Source of the DNA: Priapulus caudatus
Taxonomy: Eukaryota
Direction: 5' to 3'
Assembly (NCBI RefSeq): GCF_000485595.1
Contig: NW_014577076.1
Coordinates: forward strand, 1-64,000
Length of the DNA stretch: 64,000 bases
Both the position numbers and the translations under genes were made by a program. Positions 37,167 to 51,091 of this stretch are shown here, one piece after another (positions within the stretch are counted from its first letter, which is position 1; every line of letters starts with the position of its first letter). The notes beneath the pieces are model-generated. The model had not been told where the DNA came from. It saw nothing but the letters and a program-made list of their open reading frames with translations, and did no database searches.

Positions 37167-39217
37167 CGAGGCCATAGAATGTGAATCTGGTAATAAGATT
37201 GAACCATCGCATAAGAGCGGCCCATCCCAGAATGCCGAAATATCATTTGGTAGGTATGATGAGGAGTCCTATAGTTCGATACATCGCTTCTGGAGTACCG
37301 CCTGAAGAAGGGACACGCGCACGCACGCATGTACGCACGCACGCACACGTACCCACGCACACGCGCACACACACGCACACACACAAAGACGGTTGGTAAA
37401 AGACGATTTTATAATAAAATTAATAATGAAAGATATAGCATATGCTGGAATTACACGCTTCAAAATAGTTCCATGCAACTCGAATTTATTTACGCTGCGG
37501 TTTAAAAGCGACACACGATAAATGTGATAACTGCATTTTTCAAAAATATGATTTTACGACGAACACAATGCATGTTTGTTATGCGAAATTTAAATGGACC
37601 TTATACGGCAAAGCCGGCAGTCATTTATTTCTGTGCACGCATTTTTGCCACGCTTATAGTCACATAGTAGAAGATACATTAACCGTACATTATCCTCGGG
37701 GGTCTTGATCGCTGGACCATCACTAGTTGTAACCCATTTGGCATTTAATGATGCTGCACAGGATTCATCCAATATGAATAGTTTCACGTAGAGTGAAAAC
37801 TTAAAGTAAAAACTAAAACATTTATAAGAGTGGCAGTAGTTATTATAGCGTGATTGCATTTTCCCCTTTCCATCCGCGAGCCTAGCGCATATATGTACGT
37901 AACCATATTTTTATAGTGTAAGCTTCACTACCGGGCCGATGCAAGCTAAAAAGTCTAACACAAAAACTCAACGATGAATCGTCCGCAGGCTCCGAGAAAA
38001 ACGCACGAATGTATTCAACATCCAGGCAGGTGCTATACAATGCAGATGTAGTACAGTAAGAATGTAGTATTCAATCAGAAAGCAGTTCTAGAGGCCTATA
38101 TCACATGAATATACCAAGGAGTAACGTGTGTAGAATTTTAACAAACATAGACGAAAACGATGCCAATTTAAAATACTGCGAAGAAATTTTCCCGTTTTCT
38201 CATCGCAAGTTCTGCTACATCCTGCTCAAACAGAGCCGTAACGACTGAGTGGTCAATCTGAAAATTTATTTTTCAAGGCTGAACACCTATAATGGAATCT
38301 ATTGTAAGTCCCTTGACAATTCTAATACAAAGTCACCGTTTTGCATCGACATTTATCAAACGGTACATCTCGGTAATTGCTCCAGCCTTTCATCACGGCT
38401 GTGCGAGGCAAAAATCAAAGGAAAGTCTGCTTTGTTTAGTGCATCGCGCGAGATCTCGCGGATTGCTTGTAAAGAACCGTCTCAAGCAATAAATATGCAC
38501 ATCGTATTTGTTATCGACAAGGAAAAATTTAATAGTGAATCAGCATGTTTAAACTAAGAATAAATTTCCAGACATAGTCACATGGGAGAATCTTGCCAAC
38601 ATTTGGAGAATTTCCATGTGGATATAAACACTGTTTGACTCGCTATGCCCGGGCGAATTGCTCTTACTGTGAAGCGATACCCTTGTAAAATATGGATTAC
38701 AGTTTGCTTTACAAAATCTTTTGTTGAATTCCATGCCGACGGTAATGATACCCAACATTAACGTATAAAAAAGAGCTTTCGTCGATATAGCTTGAACATT
38801 ATACTTAATCACAAAGCAAACACACATTAAAAAATAAACATTTTGCTCGTGTTTCAGCAGTCAGCGTTTATCAAAACATCGTTAAATCGGGTCATGGTAA
38901 AATTCGGCTTGTTTGCTGGCGCAGTGCAACCACGTTACACCCATACATGCGGTATTTACCTCGTTCCTTTCTAGCGCCGTGTTTGAGGCTGCCGTAAGTG
39001 TAACGATTATTAGTATAGATCTAGACCTGTTGACCCAGTGATAACCATAAAGGCGTATTCCAGACTGACGGCATCCGCGAGTAGTAGGAATCGATCACTG
39101 CGTTCACGCTACGCTCGTTCTCCTATATTTATCGATGACATGTTCGTCTTCGGTTCGTAATCACGAAGTGTCGTTGCTACCTTATTTCCCTCTAGCTCTC
39201 ACCCGCTCTCTCTCCCT

Positions 39218-39220
<3 letters not shown>
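37165..39220 (+). repeat. Block X, duplicated at ~45293-47340; bounded by (TA)n
   Basis: Colinear match from ACGAGGCCATAGAATGTGAATC onward. Confidence 0.95.
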
Positions 39221-39269
<49 letters not shown>

Positions 39270-39278
<9 letters not shown>

Positions 39279-40641
39279 ATACTTATATATTATTTTTTAT
39301 ACTTCATACAAATACTACGCATTACTATTCTTGGTTCACTGTCGGCTATATAGTATGTGTTCGTTCATGTGAAGTCACAGTATGGCTATTAAAGCCTAAA
39401 TAAATACAACCGTAGGCCTACAACTCAACTCAACTCAATAAGTGTAAGAAGCAGCAATTGTTTCCTACATGAACATTGTATGGATGAATAATTTCGTGTT
39501 GATAATATAAATTGTTGTATTCACGGTGGCGGTGGTGGTTTCGGGCAGTGAATAAACACAAAAGCTAGTCCGCGCAACATCATATGCAGCACACTGACCT
39601 TCACTATCACCCCGCACAAGTATCACCACTAAGTTCTCTTTACGCGAGTATCTTGTAAATGAGTGATGTTTTGATGGTATTGAATCAGCTACCCCTTTCC
39701 TGCACCTATAGTTTACATCGCGTCATTTCCAAGTGATCCTCGTATGTAAGCGTTCTACCTTCCTATTCGTATGTTGAGGTTGATGTTATTGTAGATTAAA
39801 GGTGACCCGCTCCAGCAAAACCAGGATTAAGTAGGAAATTCGTAGAAATTAAGTATAAATTTGAGTTATGTGCATATCTGAATAGATCATTTAATTACCT
39901 TTAAAATGATATATAATATTTGGCTATATCTAAAGAATTGACCGATCTACAGCAATTTGAAGATCGGAAACCGACTTATTTCGATATATAAGTTCAGATA
40001 GCTCTAGATTATTATGGTCATTTTACATTGTTGCTTCGAGGGAGTCGAGTGAATGGAGTGCGCTGATTGGCTGTGGTCCGGAACTCAAGTGGGAAAAAGA
40101 ATTTCGCTTCCGGGCAAGGGGCCCAGTCGGGGATGAGCGGGTAAAATATATTTTTATTTTTTTTCAATTAAAAATGACCATAATAATCTAGAGATATCTG
40201 AACCTATATATTCGGATTAAATATGCACTTATGAACTTATTTTTGTAAAAATCTCATTTTTTCCCAGGTAGTCCATTTTCAGCATTGACATGTGCTGAAA
40301 ACAATGACTTGTGACTTAGTCCGTATTATGCTGGAGCCAGTCACAATTTTTTTTAAGATCTAACCATGCTGCAACAATATTGAGCGAAAAATACTACCTT
40401 CGCGATCTACCTGCTCCGACCCCTGAACAGTGTTTGTCGTAAGTAGACAACTGGGATATTTCTATTAGGCAGAACAATATTATGATGCCCAATCATTGAT
40501 GAGATGCTAGTAGAAATGATCCCCGGCACTATAATAACACATAAGCGGAACATCCATGTTATTTGGACGGAGCAAGAGATAAAATCGCGTAATAAAGAGT
40601 CTTCGCCATGAATAAAAATGTCTGTAATCCCGGACATTCAT

Positions 40642-40645
<4 letters not shown>
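39270..40645 (+). repeat. Block Y, duplicated at ~43880-45248
   Basis: Colinear match with sparse indels. Confidence 0.95.
39802..40344. mobile_element. MITE with ~31-bp imperfect TIRs and an internal ~40-bp inverted repeat (copy at 44405-44947)
   Basis: GTGACCCGCTCCAGCAAAACCAGGATTAAGT and ACTTAGTCCGTATTATGCTGGAGCCAGTCAC; internal TCTAGATTATTATGGTCATTTT and AAAATGACCATAATAATCTAGA. Confidence 0.75.
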
Positions 40646-40680
<35 letters not shown>

Positions 40681-41518
40681 NNNNNNNNNNATATATATCG
40701 CAGTCCTTTCTCTAACTAGAATTAATTTCATCACCGTGATCAATTTCCTCTGCATAAATTCCTGTTAAGGGAGGACCGGTATTCAATGCCGGGGAGATCT
40801 CGCACATTACAATGATTGCATGAGCGGTAGTTATTGTTCCGTAAGAAATTCACTCGGAAATTTTAATTAGGGACGTGAAAAAAATCGAGCGGGCAAACAG
40901 TGGTGAGTCTATTTTAAGAGCTGCCGCTACACACGAGATACGCTGCGTGTCGTGCGGGCAGCTTTCCTAGATTTCGATCGTCATTGTGTGAGGGTTTCTT
41001 CGTTGCCCTTTCGCACGGTTGTGCGTCGGATTCGTACATTATTGACCACAAACACCTATAAGCACAGCCGACCGCGGTTCGTCATAGTCCTATCGTAAGA
41101 CGATAGTTACGACATCTATAAAACAAATTGCGCAAGAGCTGTACAGCAATATCCTACTAATCTACTAATACAAGTTTGCACAGGTTTAGACAGGTTTAGC
41201 TGAACATGAAAATCATATATTTGATATCGATACAGTTTCTACATGGTTTGCAGAGAATTATGGCGAGAAGTTTACCGATTGCCAAACACAAGACACGTGT
41301 CCGCATAAATAATTTAATCATACTATGATTAGTCGGTATATTATCATAATAGTTTAATCAAATAAATTGGATATCCGCATTATAATTCAATCAAAATTGC
41401 ATTTTACTTTTCTTGATAAAGTAATGCAACGACGCAGCCAACCGTGGATAAAATATCCCATTAGCAGCTTGTACAGCATGCAGGAGTTGTGTCTTACCAT
41501 TCGTCTAGGAAAAGGTTT

Positions 41519-42547
41519 CCCTTGCCACCCTGCAGACTATTCTCCACGGGGCAGCTAACATGTGGCTAGTCGCCATAAGGATAACCAAACGAATAGACAG
41601 TATACATGAACGAGAAGAATAGAGCAAGACATGAGTGAGGTGGTGGCTTGATGGAGGCCAAGATGCGGCACCCCGATGCGAAAGCATTCAGATTGAGAAG
41701 TTGTTTAGATGCATTATTGCTCTATTTTCAATAAAATCCCTACAACATCCTACAATATAGCAACTCGATATTGCTGCACTAGTGCGGATTGTCAAAAAAC
41801 TGCAGCAATTACTTTACCCGTCCGCGAATTATCGAACGCGCGAATTCCCAGTCGACCACCCTGCCTGAACTTTTTTTCGCAAACAGTAACGAATTGATCA
41901 GCTAATATCCCTACATGCGCTGGGCAAGTCCCGACGGACGTCGATCTTGTGCTATTTGATAGTCGATGATCGACCCACATTAACATCTAGACATGGTAGC
42001 TACATGATACCAATTCTAAACATCAATAGTTTCATTGCCAGTAGAAGAGCAGTAAGCGAGGTAACCAGCATTGGTAAGCGCCTATATATGGGCCTCGGCA
42101 CGCACTGCTTGTGACCTATTATATAGAGGGGCTCGAATGGTGAGTTTAATAACATAGAACGAATATAACGAATTGAATAATATGAACTACCGCTATATGT
42201 ACGTACGTTTTGTATATATCGTATGCATATAATATTATGTATATGTTGTATATGTCACTTATTGACATGCACGATCTGGTGCCACCACGTGTAGTGTAAC
42301 AACCCTAAATCTGTTTAATCTACTATTCGCGCTGTATATGGATAGGCCTATGTATATGTATATGTATGTGTATACGTATGTGTACGAGTATGCGCAGGAC
42401 TAAGTTTATGTGCATGTGCATGTGCATGTGCATGTGTATGTGTACGTGTACGTGTACGTGTACGTGTACGTGTACGTGTACATGTACGTGTACGTGTACG
42501 TGTACGTGTACGTGTACGTGTACGTGTACGTGTACGTGTACGTGTAT

Positions 42548-42633
<86 letters not shown>
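41519..42633 (+). repeat. Block Z, duplicated at 42659-43800 across a 25-N gap; ends in (GTACGT)n(TG)n
   Basis: Colinear noisy tandem duplicate. Confidence 0.95.
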
Positions 42634-43755
42634 NNNNNNNNNNNNNNNNNNNNNNNNNCCCTTTGCCACCTGCAGACTATTCTCCACGCGGCAGCTTAAC
42701 ATGTGCGCCTAGTCGCCATAAGGATAACAAACGATAGACAGTAATACAGAACTAGAAGAATAGAGCAAGAGCATGAGTGAGGTAGTGTGCTGATGCGAGC
42801 GCAAGAGCGGCACCCGCGATGCGAAGAGCATTTGCAGATTGAGCAAGTTGTTGTAGATGCATTATTGCCTCTATCTTTCAATAAGAATCCCTACAACATC
42901 CTACAATATAGGCACTCGATTATTGCGCACTAGTGGCGGATTGTCAAAAAAACTGGCAGCAATTACTTACCCCGTCCTTGCGAATTATCGAACGCGCGAA
43001 TTCCAGTCGACGCACCCTGCCCTGAACTTTTTTTCGGCAAACAGTAACGAATTGATCAGCTATATCCCTACATTGCGCTGGGCAATCCCGACGGACGTCG
43101 ATCTTGCTGCTTATTTGAATAGGTCGATGATCTACGACATGGTAGCTAGCACTGATACCACCCTTCTAAACATCAATAGTTTTCATTGCCGCAGTAGAAG
43201 AAGCAGTATAGCGAGGTAACCAGCATTGGTAAGCGCCTCATATATGGCTCGGCACGCACTGCTTGTGACCTATTATATAGAGGGGGCTCGAATGGTGAGT
43301 TTAATAACATAGAACGAATATAACGAATTGAATAATATGAACTACGCGCTATATGTACGTACGGTTTGTTATATATCGTATGCATATAATATTATGTATA
43401 TGTTGTATATGTCACTTATTGACATGCCACGATCTGGTGCCACCACGTGTAGTGTAACAACCCTAAAGCTGTTTAATCTACTATTCGCGCTGTATATGGA
43501 TAGGCCTATGTATATGTATATGTATAATGTGTATACGTATGTGTACGAGTATGCGCAGGACTAGTTTATGTGCATGTGCATGTGCATGTGCATGTGTATG
43601 TGTACGTGTACTGTGTACGTGTACGTGTACGTGTACGTGTACGTGTACGTGTACGTGTATACGTGTACGTGTACGTGTACGTGTACGTGTACGTGTACGT
43701 GTACGTGTACGTGTATGAGTGTGTGTGTTGTGTGTGTGGTGTGGTGTGTGTGTTG

Positions 43756-43796
<41 letters not shown>

Positions 43797-45249
43797 GTTG
43801 TGTGTGTTTACGTGTATGTGTATTTGTATGGTTATGTGTATGTGCATATATATATATATATATAGGCCTATACATATATATATATAATACTTATATATTA
43901 TTTTTTATACTTTCATACAAATACTACCGTCTACTATCTTGGTTCACTGTCGGCGTATATAGTAGTGTGTTCGTTCATGTGAAGTCACAGTATGGCTATT
44001 AAAGCCTAAATAAATACAACCGTAGGCCTACAACTCAAACTCAACTCAATAAGTGTAAGAAGCAGCAATTGTTTCCTACATGAACATTGTATGGATGAAT
44101 AATTCGTGTTGATAATATAAATTGTTTGTATTCACGGTGGCGGTGGTGGTTCGGGCAGTGAATAAACACAAAAGCTAGTCGCGCAACATCAGTATGCAGC
44201 ACACTGACCTTCACTTCACCCGCACAAGTATCACCACTAAGTTCTCTTTACGCGAGTATCTTGTAAATGAGTGATGTTTTGATGGTTTTGAATCAGCTAC
44301 CCTTTCCTGCACTATAGTTTACATCGCGTCATTTCAAGTGATCCTCGTATGTAAGCGTTCTACCTTCCTATTCGTATGTTGAGGTTGATGTTATGTAGAT
44401 TAAAGTGACCCGCTCCAGCAAAACCAGGATTAAGTGAAATTCGTAGAAATTAAGTATAAATTTGAGTTATGTGCATATCTGAATAGATCATTTAATTACC
44501 TTTAAAATGATATATAATATTTGGCTATATCTAAAGAATTGACCGATCTACAGACAATTTTGAAGATCGGAAACCGACTTATTTCGATATATAAGTTCAG
44601 ATAGCTCTAGATTATTATGGTCATTTTTACATTTGTTGCTTCGAGGGAGTCGAGTGAATGGAGTGCGCTGATTGGCTGTGGGTCCGGAACTCAAGTGGGA
44701 AAAAGAATTTCGCTTCCGGGCAAGGGGCCCAGTCGGGGATGAGCGGGTAAAATATATTTTTATTTTTTTTCAATTAAAATGACCATAATAATCTAGAGAT
44801 ATCTGAACCTATATATTCGGATTAAATATGCACTTATGAACTTATTTTTGTAAAAATCTCATTTTTCCCAGGTAGTCCATTTTCAGCATTGACATGTGCT
44901 GAAAACAATGACTTGTGACTTAGTCCGTATTATGCTGGAGCAGTCACAATTTTTTTTAAGATCTAACCATGCTGCAACAATATTGAGCGAAAAATACTAC
45001 CTTCGCGATCTACCTGCTCCGACCCTGAACAGTGTTTGTCGTAAGTAGACAACTGGGATATTTCTATTAGGCAGAACAATATTATGATGCCCAATCATTG
45101 ATGAGATGCTAGTAGAAATGATCCCCGGCACTATAATAACACATAAGCGGAACATCCATGGTTATTTGGACGGAGCAAGAGATAAAATCGCGTAATAAAG
45201 AGTCTTCGCCATGAATAAAAATGTCTGTTAATCCCGGACATTCATTACG

Positions 45250-45287
<38 letters not shown>

Positions 45288-48044
45288 ATATATACGAGGC
45301 CATAGAATGTGAATCTGGTAATAAGATTGAACCATCGCATAGAGCGCGCCCATCCCAGAATGCCGAAATATCATTTGGTAGGTATGATGAGGAGTCTATA
45401 GTTCGATACATCGCTTCTGAGTACCGCCTGAAGAGGGACACCGCGCACGCACGCATGTACGCACGCACGCACACGTACCCACGCACACGCGCACACACAC
45501 GCACACACACAAGACGGTTGTAAAAGACGATTTTATAATAAAATTAATAATGAAAGATATAGCATATGCTGGAATTACACGCTTCAAAATAGTTCCATGC
45601 AACTCGAATTTATTTACGCTGCGGTTTAAAGCGACACACGCATAAATGTGATAACTGCATTTTTCAAAATATGATTTTACGACGAACACAATGCATGTTT
45701 GTATTATGCGAAATTTAAATGGACCTTATACGGCAAAGCCGGCAGTCATTTATTTCTGTGCCACGCATTTTTGCCACGCTTATAGTCACATAGTAGAAGA
45801 TACATTAACCGTACATTATCCTCGGGGCGGTCTGATCGCTGGACCATCACTAGTTGTAACCCATTTGGCATTTAATGATGCTGCACAGGATTCATCCAAT
45901 ATGAATAGTTTCACGTAGAGTGAAAACTTAAAGTAAAAACTAAAACATTTATAAGAGTGGCAGTAGTTATTATAGCGTGATTGCATTTTCCCCTTTCATC
46001 CGCGAGCCTAGCGCATATATGTACGTAACCATATTTTATAGTGTAAGCTTCACTACCGGGCCGATACAAGCTAAAAAGTCTAACACAAAAACTCAACGAT
46101 GAATCGGTTCCGCAGGCTCCGAGAAAAACGCACGAATGTATTCAACATCCAGGCAGGTGCTATACAATGCAGATGTAGTACAGTAAGAATGTAGTATTCA
46201 ATCAGAAAGCAGTTCTAGAGGCCTATATCACATGAATATACCAAGGAGTAACGTGTGTAGAATTTTAACAAACATAGACGAAAACGATGCCAATTTTAAA
46301 ATATCGGCGAAGAAATTTCCGTTTCTCATCGCAAGTTCTGCTACATCCTGCTCAAACAGAGCCGTAACGACTGAGTGGTCAATCTGAAATTTATTTTTCA
46401 AGGCTGAACACTTATAATGGAATCTATTGTAAGTCCCTGACAATTCTAATACAAAGTCACCGTTTTTGCATCGACATTTATCAAACGGTACATCTCGGTA
46501 ATTGCTCAGCCTTTCATCACGGCGCTGCGATGGCAAAAATCAAAGGAAAGTCTGCTTTGTTTAGTGCATCGCGCGAGATCTCGCGGATTGCTTGTAAAGA
46601 ACCGTCTCAAGCAATAAATATGCACATCGTATTTGTTATCGACAAGGAAAAATTTAATAGTGAATCAGCATGTTTAACTAAGAATAAATTTCCAGACATG
46701 ATCACATGGAGAGAATCTTGCCAACTTTGGAGAATTTCCCATGTGGATATAAACACTGTTTGACTCGCTATGCCCGGGCGAATTGCTCTTACTGTGAAGC
46801 GATACCCTTGTAAAATATGGATTACAGTTTGCTTTACAAATCTTTTGTTGAATTCCATGCCGACGTAATGATACCCAACATTAACGTATAAAAAAGAGCT
46901 TTCGTCGATATAGCTTGAACATTATACTTAATCACAAAGCAAACACACATTAAAATAAACATTGCTCGTGTTTCAGCAGTTCAGCGTTTATCAAAACATC
47001 GTTAAATCGGGTCATGGTAAAATTCGGCTTGTTTGCTGGCGCAGTGCAACCACGTTACACCCATACATGCGGTATTTACCTCGTTCCTTTCTAGCGCCGT
47101 GTTTGAGGCTGCCGTAAGTGTAACGGTATTAGTATAGATCTAGACCTGTTGACCGCAGTGATAACCATAAAGGGTTTCCAGACTGACGGGATCCGCGAGT
47201 AGTAGGAATCGATCATGGGTTCACGTATCGTGTTCTCCTTATATTTATCGATGACATGTTCGTCTTCTGTATCACGAAGTGTCGTTGCTACCTTATTCCC
47301 ATCCTCCCCCAGTGTCTCTCACCTCCTTCTCTCCCTTTATTATATATATATTAATATATAATATATATATATTATATAGTTAATATATGACGGCTTGAGG
47401 CAGTAGAATCGCACGATAGAGTATTCGAGACCGGGCAACAACTAGAGGCAATAGCCGATGACGGATTACTTTTTAATTTATTCACACAGACATGGAATTT
47501 CCTCAAAAGCTTTAATTAATGTATTAATTGGGTTTTGCGGTATTTTTCATTTACTGATTGTTGTTTAATTAAACGCGCGCGCGGTTGTCACCAGAAATAA
47601 TGTCAGCAGAAATGTCGTTAATGCCGAATAATACATTTTCAAGGTTTAATAAAATTTATAAAAGATATGAAAGTATAGCAGAAAAATAGGAGTCAGTTTA
47701 TTTTAAAATGTTAAAAATGATAGCTATCAAGCTAAAATAATTGTTAGCCGTCAGGTGAAACACAACAATATAGATACGCTTGTACATCATGCACGCATTA
47801 AAATTACGTTTCCGACGAGTCTCCAGTCGTCCTACAGTATCCTTCCGACTATATCTTGATATCTACGATGATTTCACCTTTTTAGTTTTAAAAACATTTT
47901 CATCGGTTAGGAGTTTGTGCGTATATTCTGCGGCAATGGCACTACAACAAAGTTACAGCAAAACATTTACAAATATAATTTTCAGTAAATCCGCGGAGTT
48001 TTACGGGCGATATAGATGGCAATAAATATAACTTAAAAACGCAG

Positions 48045-48207
48045 CGTACGTAACAGCGATACACAGCTTATATAACCGTACTTAAGAGCTATACACCGCT
48101 TATATAACCGTACTTAAGAGCTATACACCGCTTATATAGCCGGACTTAAGAGCTATACACAACTTATATCCGTACGTAACAGCTATAAACAGCATATAAC
48201 CACGTAT
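48045..48207. repeat. 30-32-bp minisatellite, left of the PAT element; resumes at 52466-52685
   Basis: AGCTATACACCGCTTATATAACCGTACTTAAG-type units on both flanks. Confidence 0.9.
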
Positions 48208-48273
48208 TTGGTATTTATACTCAACCCAATCATACATTGGTTAGGTCTCAGAACTATTAGATAGTGTATTTAT

Positions 48274-49291
48274 ATGGTTCTTGTACTAGCAGTAAACGCG
48301 GACAGAACAAATACTCTGATGGGAGAAGAAAGTAAACAATTACTTCAACAGATTGTGGATGATTTGAAAACTTTTAGAACCGATCAATCACATATACTAC
48401 AGAGATTGGATAAAATTGACTTGGCGCAGGTTAGTCTACAGAATCAATGTAAAAAAGATACTAATGGGAGATTGGTATGTGACATGCTTCAAGGTCAAGA
48501 TGGCGGACCCCATGTAGATGCGGCTGGAAGTTAACGATCCGGTACACGGTCTCGTTCCGCTCAGACAGGTGGAGCAGTGGCTGGTGAGGCCACTTATGTG
48601 GTACCCGGACTCGGTCCTCAATGTACCATACCGTTTCCCCAGGCAGCAGGCCTTGATACCGAGGACATAGAGAGGCAAGTTACTGCAATTCAAGACAGAT
48701 ATCGTCCAGTGAAATTGCCAGCTAGTCTTATTGTGCATGATAAGACAAATACCGGGATCAGACGGGAAGATCAAAAAACCTCAGCGGTCATAGGCAAGTG
48801 CATGTGCCAGAGGTTTCGAAACTATAATTAAGATAATATCGACATTGCCATTGGAAAGTCTGGGACCCGAATCGAACAGTAGAGTTAAAAAGATACTGCA
48901 GGTGTGCATGGCAGGTGTTAAAAACTTACAACGGGAGCATGCTGGCCTTGTCGTTGGTGGTACATTCGGTAGATCGGCCGGTCAGATATTTCGCGCATTC
49001 CAAAATAATACCACTTTTTTGGATCAGCAGGATAGAGACAACGCCATATTGGCTGCTCAGTTGGGTGCGTTAATCCCATCAGGTCATGCAACCGGTAGAG
49101 GCGGTTATACTAATAGTAATTTCGCAGCAAGTCACATTCAGCGACCAGGCTTTAGAAGTCGACTAGGTATTGGACAGCAAGGTCAGCACATGAATTACCA
49201 ACGGAATAATTTCCTTCAGTCATCTACACGAAGGAGAGTCGACGGTCAACGCCCACAAACTTTTCTGGATAGTGATATCACAGAGAACTAA
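48274..49291 (+). pseudogene. ORF1 (gag-like) of the PAT/DIRS element, fragmented
   Basis: Three consecutive ORF pieces in the ORF1 position: coiled-coil-like start, YRPVKLP..IRREDQ..VIGKC and a G/R/Q-rich tail. Confidence 0.6.
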
Positions 49292-49297
49292 TTATTA

Positions 49298-50720
49298 ATG
49301 GTTTTGCACCCTGAAGCATGGAAGAGGATAGATGCACCAGATTATGCTATTGATTGGATTATAATTGGCGTTCCTATTAATTTTGTGGGAGATTAGCCTG
49401 AACCCTTTCGCCTTTTCAACGGGAATTATAGTGACTGCGAGAAAAAATATTTGAAATCTGAAATACGTAGGTTATTAGTAGAGGGGTTGATTAACATCTC
49501 ACGTACAAAACCTCGTTGTGTCTCCCGTATACAGTGCGTCCCGAAGAAGAACGGTAAATTCCGTTTAGTCACAGACTTACGTATTTTAAATACTCATATA
49601 TTCGCACCGCGGTTCTCAAATAAACATGTGAATGTGATACCCCAGCTTATCAAACCTAATGATAATATTGTAACTGTAGATCTCAAGGACGGGTTTTTTC
49701 ATGTACCGGTACGTCCAGAGGCTCGTACTTATTTAGATTTTGAGTTTGACGGTGTTTACTATACTTGGGCGTGTCTACCTTTTGGGCTTTCTTGTACAGT
49801 AGCCCTTATTTTTGTATAAAATTTTAAGACCTATGGTTGAATATTGTATAGATACCCTCAATTTACGTTTAATTATATATGTATAGATAATGTCATATTA
49901 TTTAGTGAGGAGAGATGCAGTACTGATGATAGTGATCAATAAATTAATGTATTGCAAGGTTTAGGTTGGTGTGTTAACTGGGAGAAGTCTGATTTAGAAT
50001 CTTCCAAGTCCAAAGTTTGGCTAGGTTATTATGTTTCATTGGTTGGCAATGACGGTCATACTCCATGGATTGCTGTGATTAAATATAGAGTACTAAAATT
50101 GAAATGTGATATAAGGTATATTATAAGGCATGCAGGGCATATAACGGCACGTAAACTGGATAAAGTTGCAGGCCAGTGGGTAAGGGCTATAGTCTCTGGA
50201 AAATTATTGTTGCGTAATATATATATTATCGTTGTATAAAGGCTAAAGACAGTTGGGATTCTATTGTTATAATTTCAGAGCCTGCATTGTCAAATTTATA
50301 CTGGTGGCTGTCCATCCTAGACCATTGGAATGGAGCACCTTTAATTGTCCGTCCTATTGATTGTCAAATATTTACAGATGCGTCTAGCGTCGGTTATGTT
50401 AGTGTGTTAGAGGGTCATCGGTCTAGTGGTTTATGGGACTGTTTTGTCGCTAATAAGTCATCAAACTATCAAGAGTTACTTAGTGTGCTTTTAGCAGTCT
50501 TGTCTTATAAGGACATAATACGTGGGAAACACATGGAGATTATCTCAGATAACATTACCACGGTTGCCTACATTAATAAGCTAGGTGGGTCGTCTAGTGA
50601 CTTATCTTCTGTAATTGAGTCGTTATGGAGCACCGCATACGATCTGAATGTCCACATCTCAGCTGGCAGAGAGAATATAATGGCCGACCGTTTGTCTCGG
50701 CTGGCCAATGCATACGAATG
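49298..50720 (+). pseudogene. DIRS-type reverse transcriptase and RNase H, disrupted
   Basis: VPKKNGKFRLVTDLRILN, VDLKDGFFHVPV, CLPFGL, LGWCVNWEKS, IFTDAS..G, SSNYQEL, SDNITTVAYINKLGG, AGRENIMADRLSR. Confidence 0.92.
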
Positions 50721-51085
50721 GTCTCTTAGAGAATATATGGGGTCCACACAGTGTGGACAGGTTTGGTTCACTAAGATGTCATCTCCTGCCCAGATAAAAC
50801 TCGAGGTTCTTAGATCCCATGTCGGAAGGGGTAAATGCACTAGCACACACGAATTGGGCTCTAGAAAACAATTTTGTAAACGGACCGTTCCACATGATTC
50901 CTCAAATTCTGGATCATATTCAAGCGCAGCGAGCGAGGGCAACGATAATTTGTCCATGTTGGCCAGCGCAGCCATGGTTTGCAAAATTAAAGCGTATGCT
51001 AATGGACTATCCGATACCGGTACCGCTACAGGCGTGTCTAACCCCTAAGAGGCAACCGGATGATCATCCCAGAACCATACAATAA
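50721..51085 (+). pseudogene. DIRS-associated DNA N6-adenine methyltransferase-like domain
   Basis: EGVNALAHTNW..NNFVNGPFHMIPQILDHI...ATIICPCWPAQPWF follows RNase H, where DIRS/PAT elements carry their MT domain. Confidence 0.8.
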
Positions 51086-51091
51086 CCGGAA

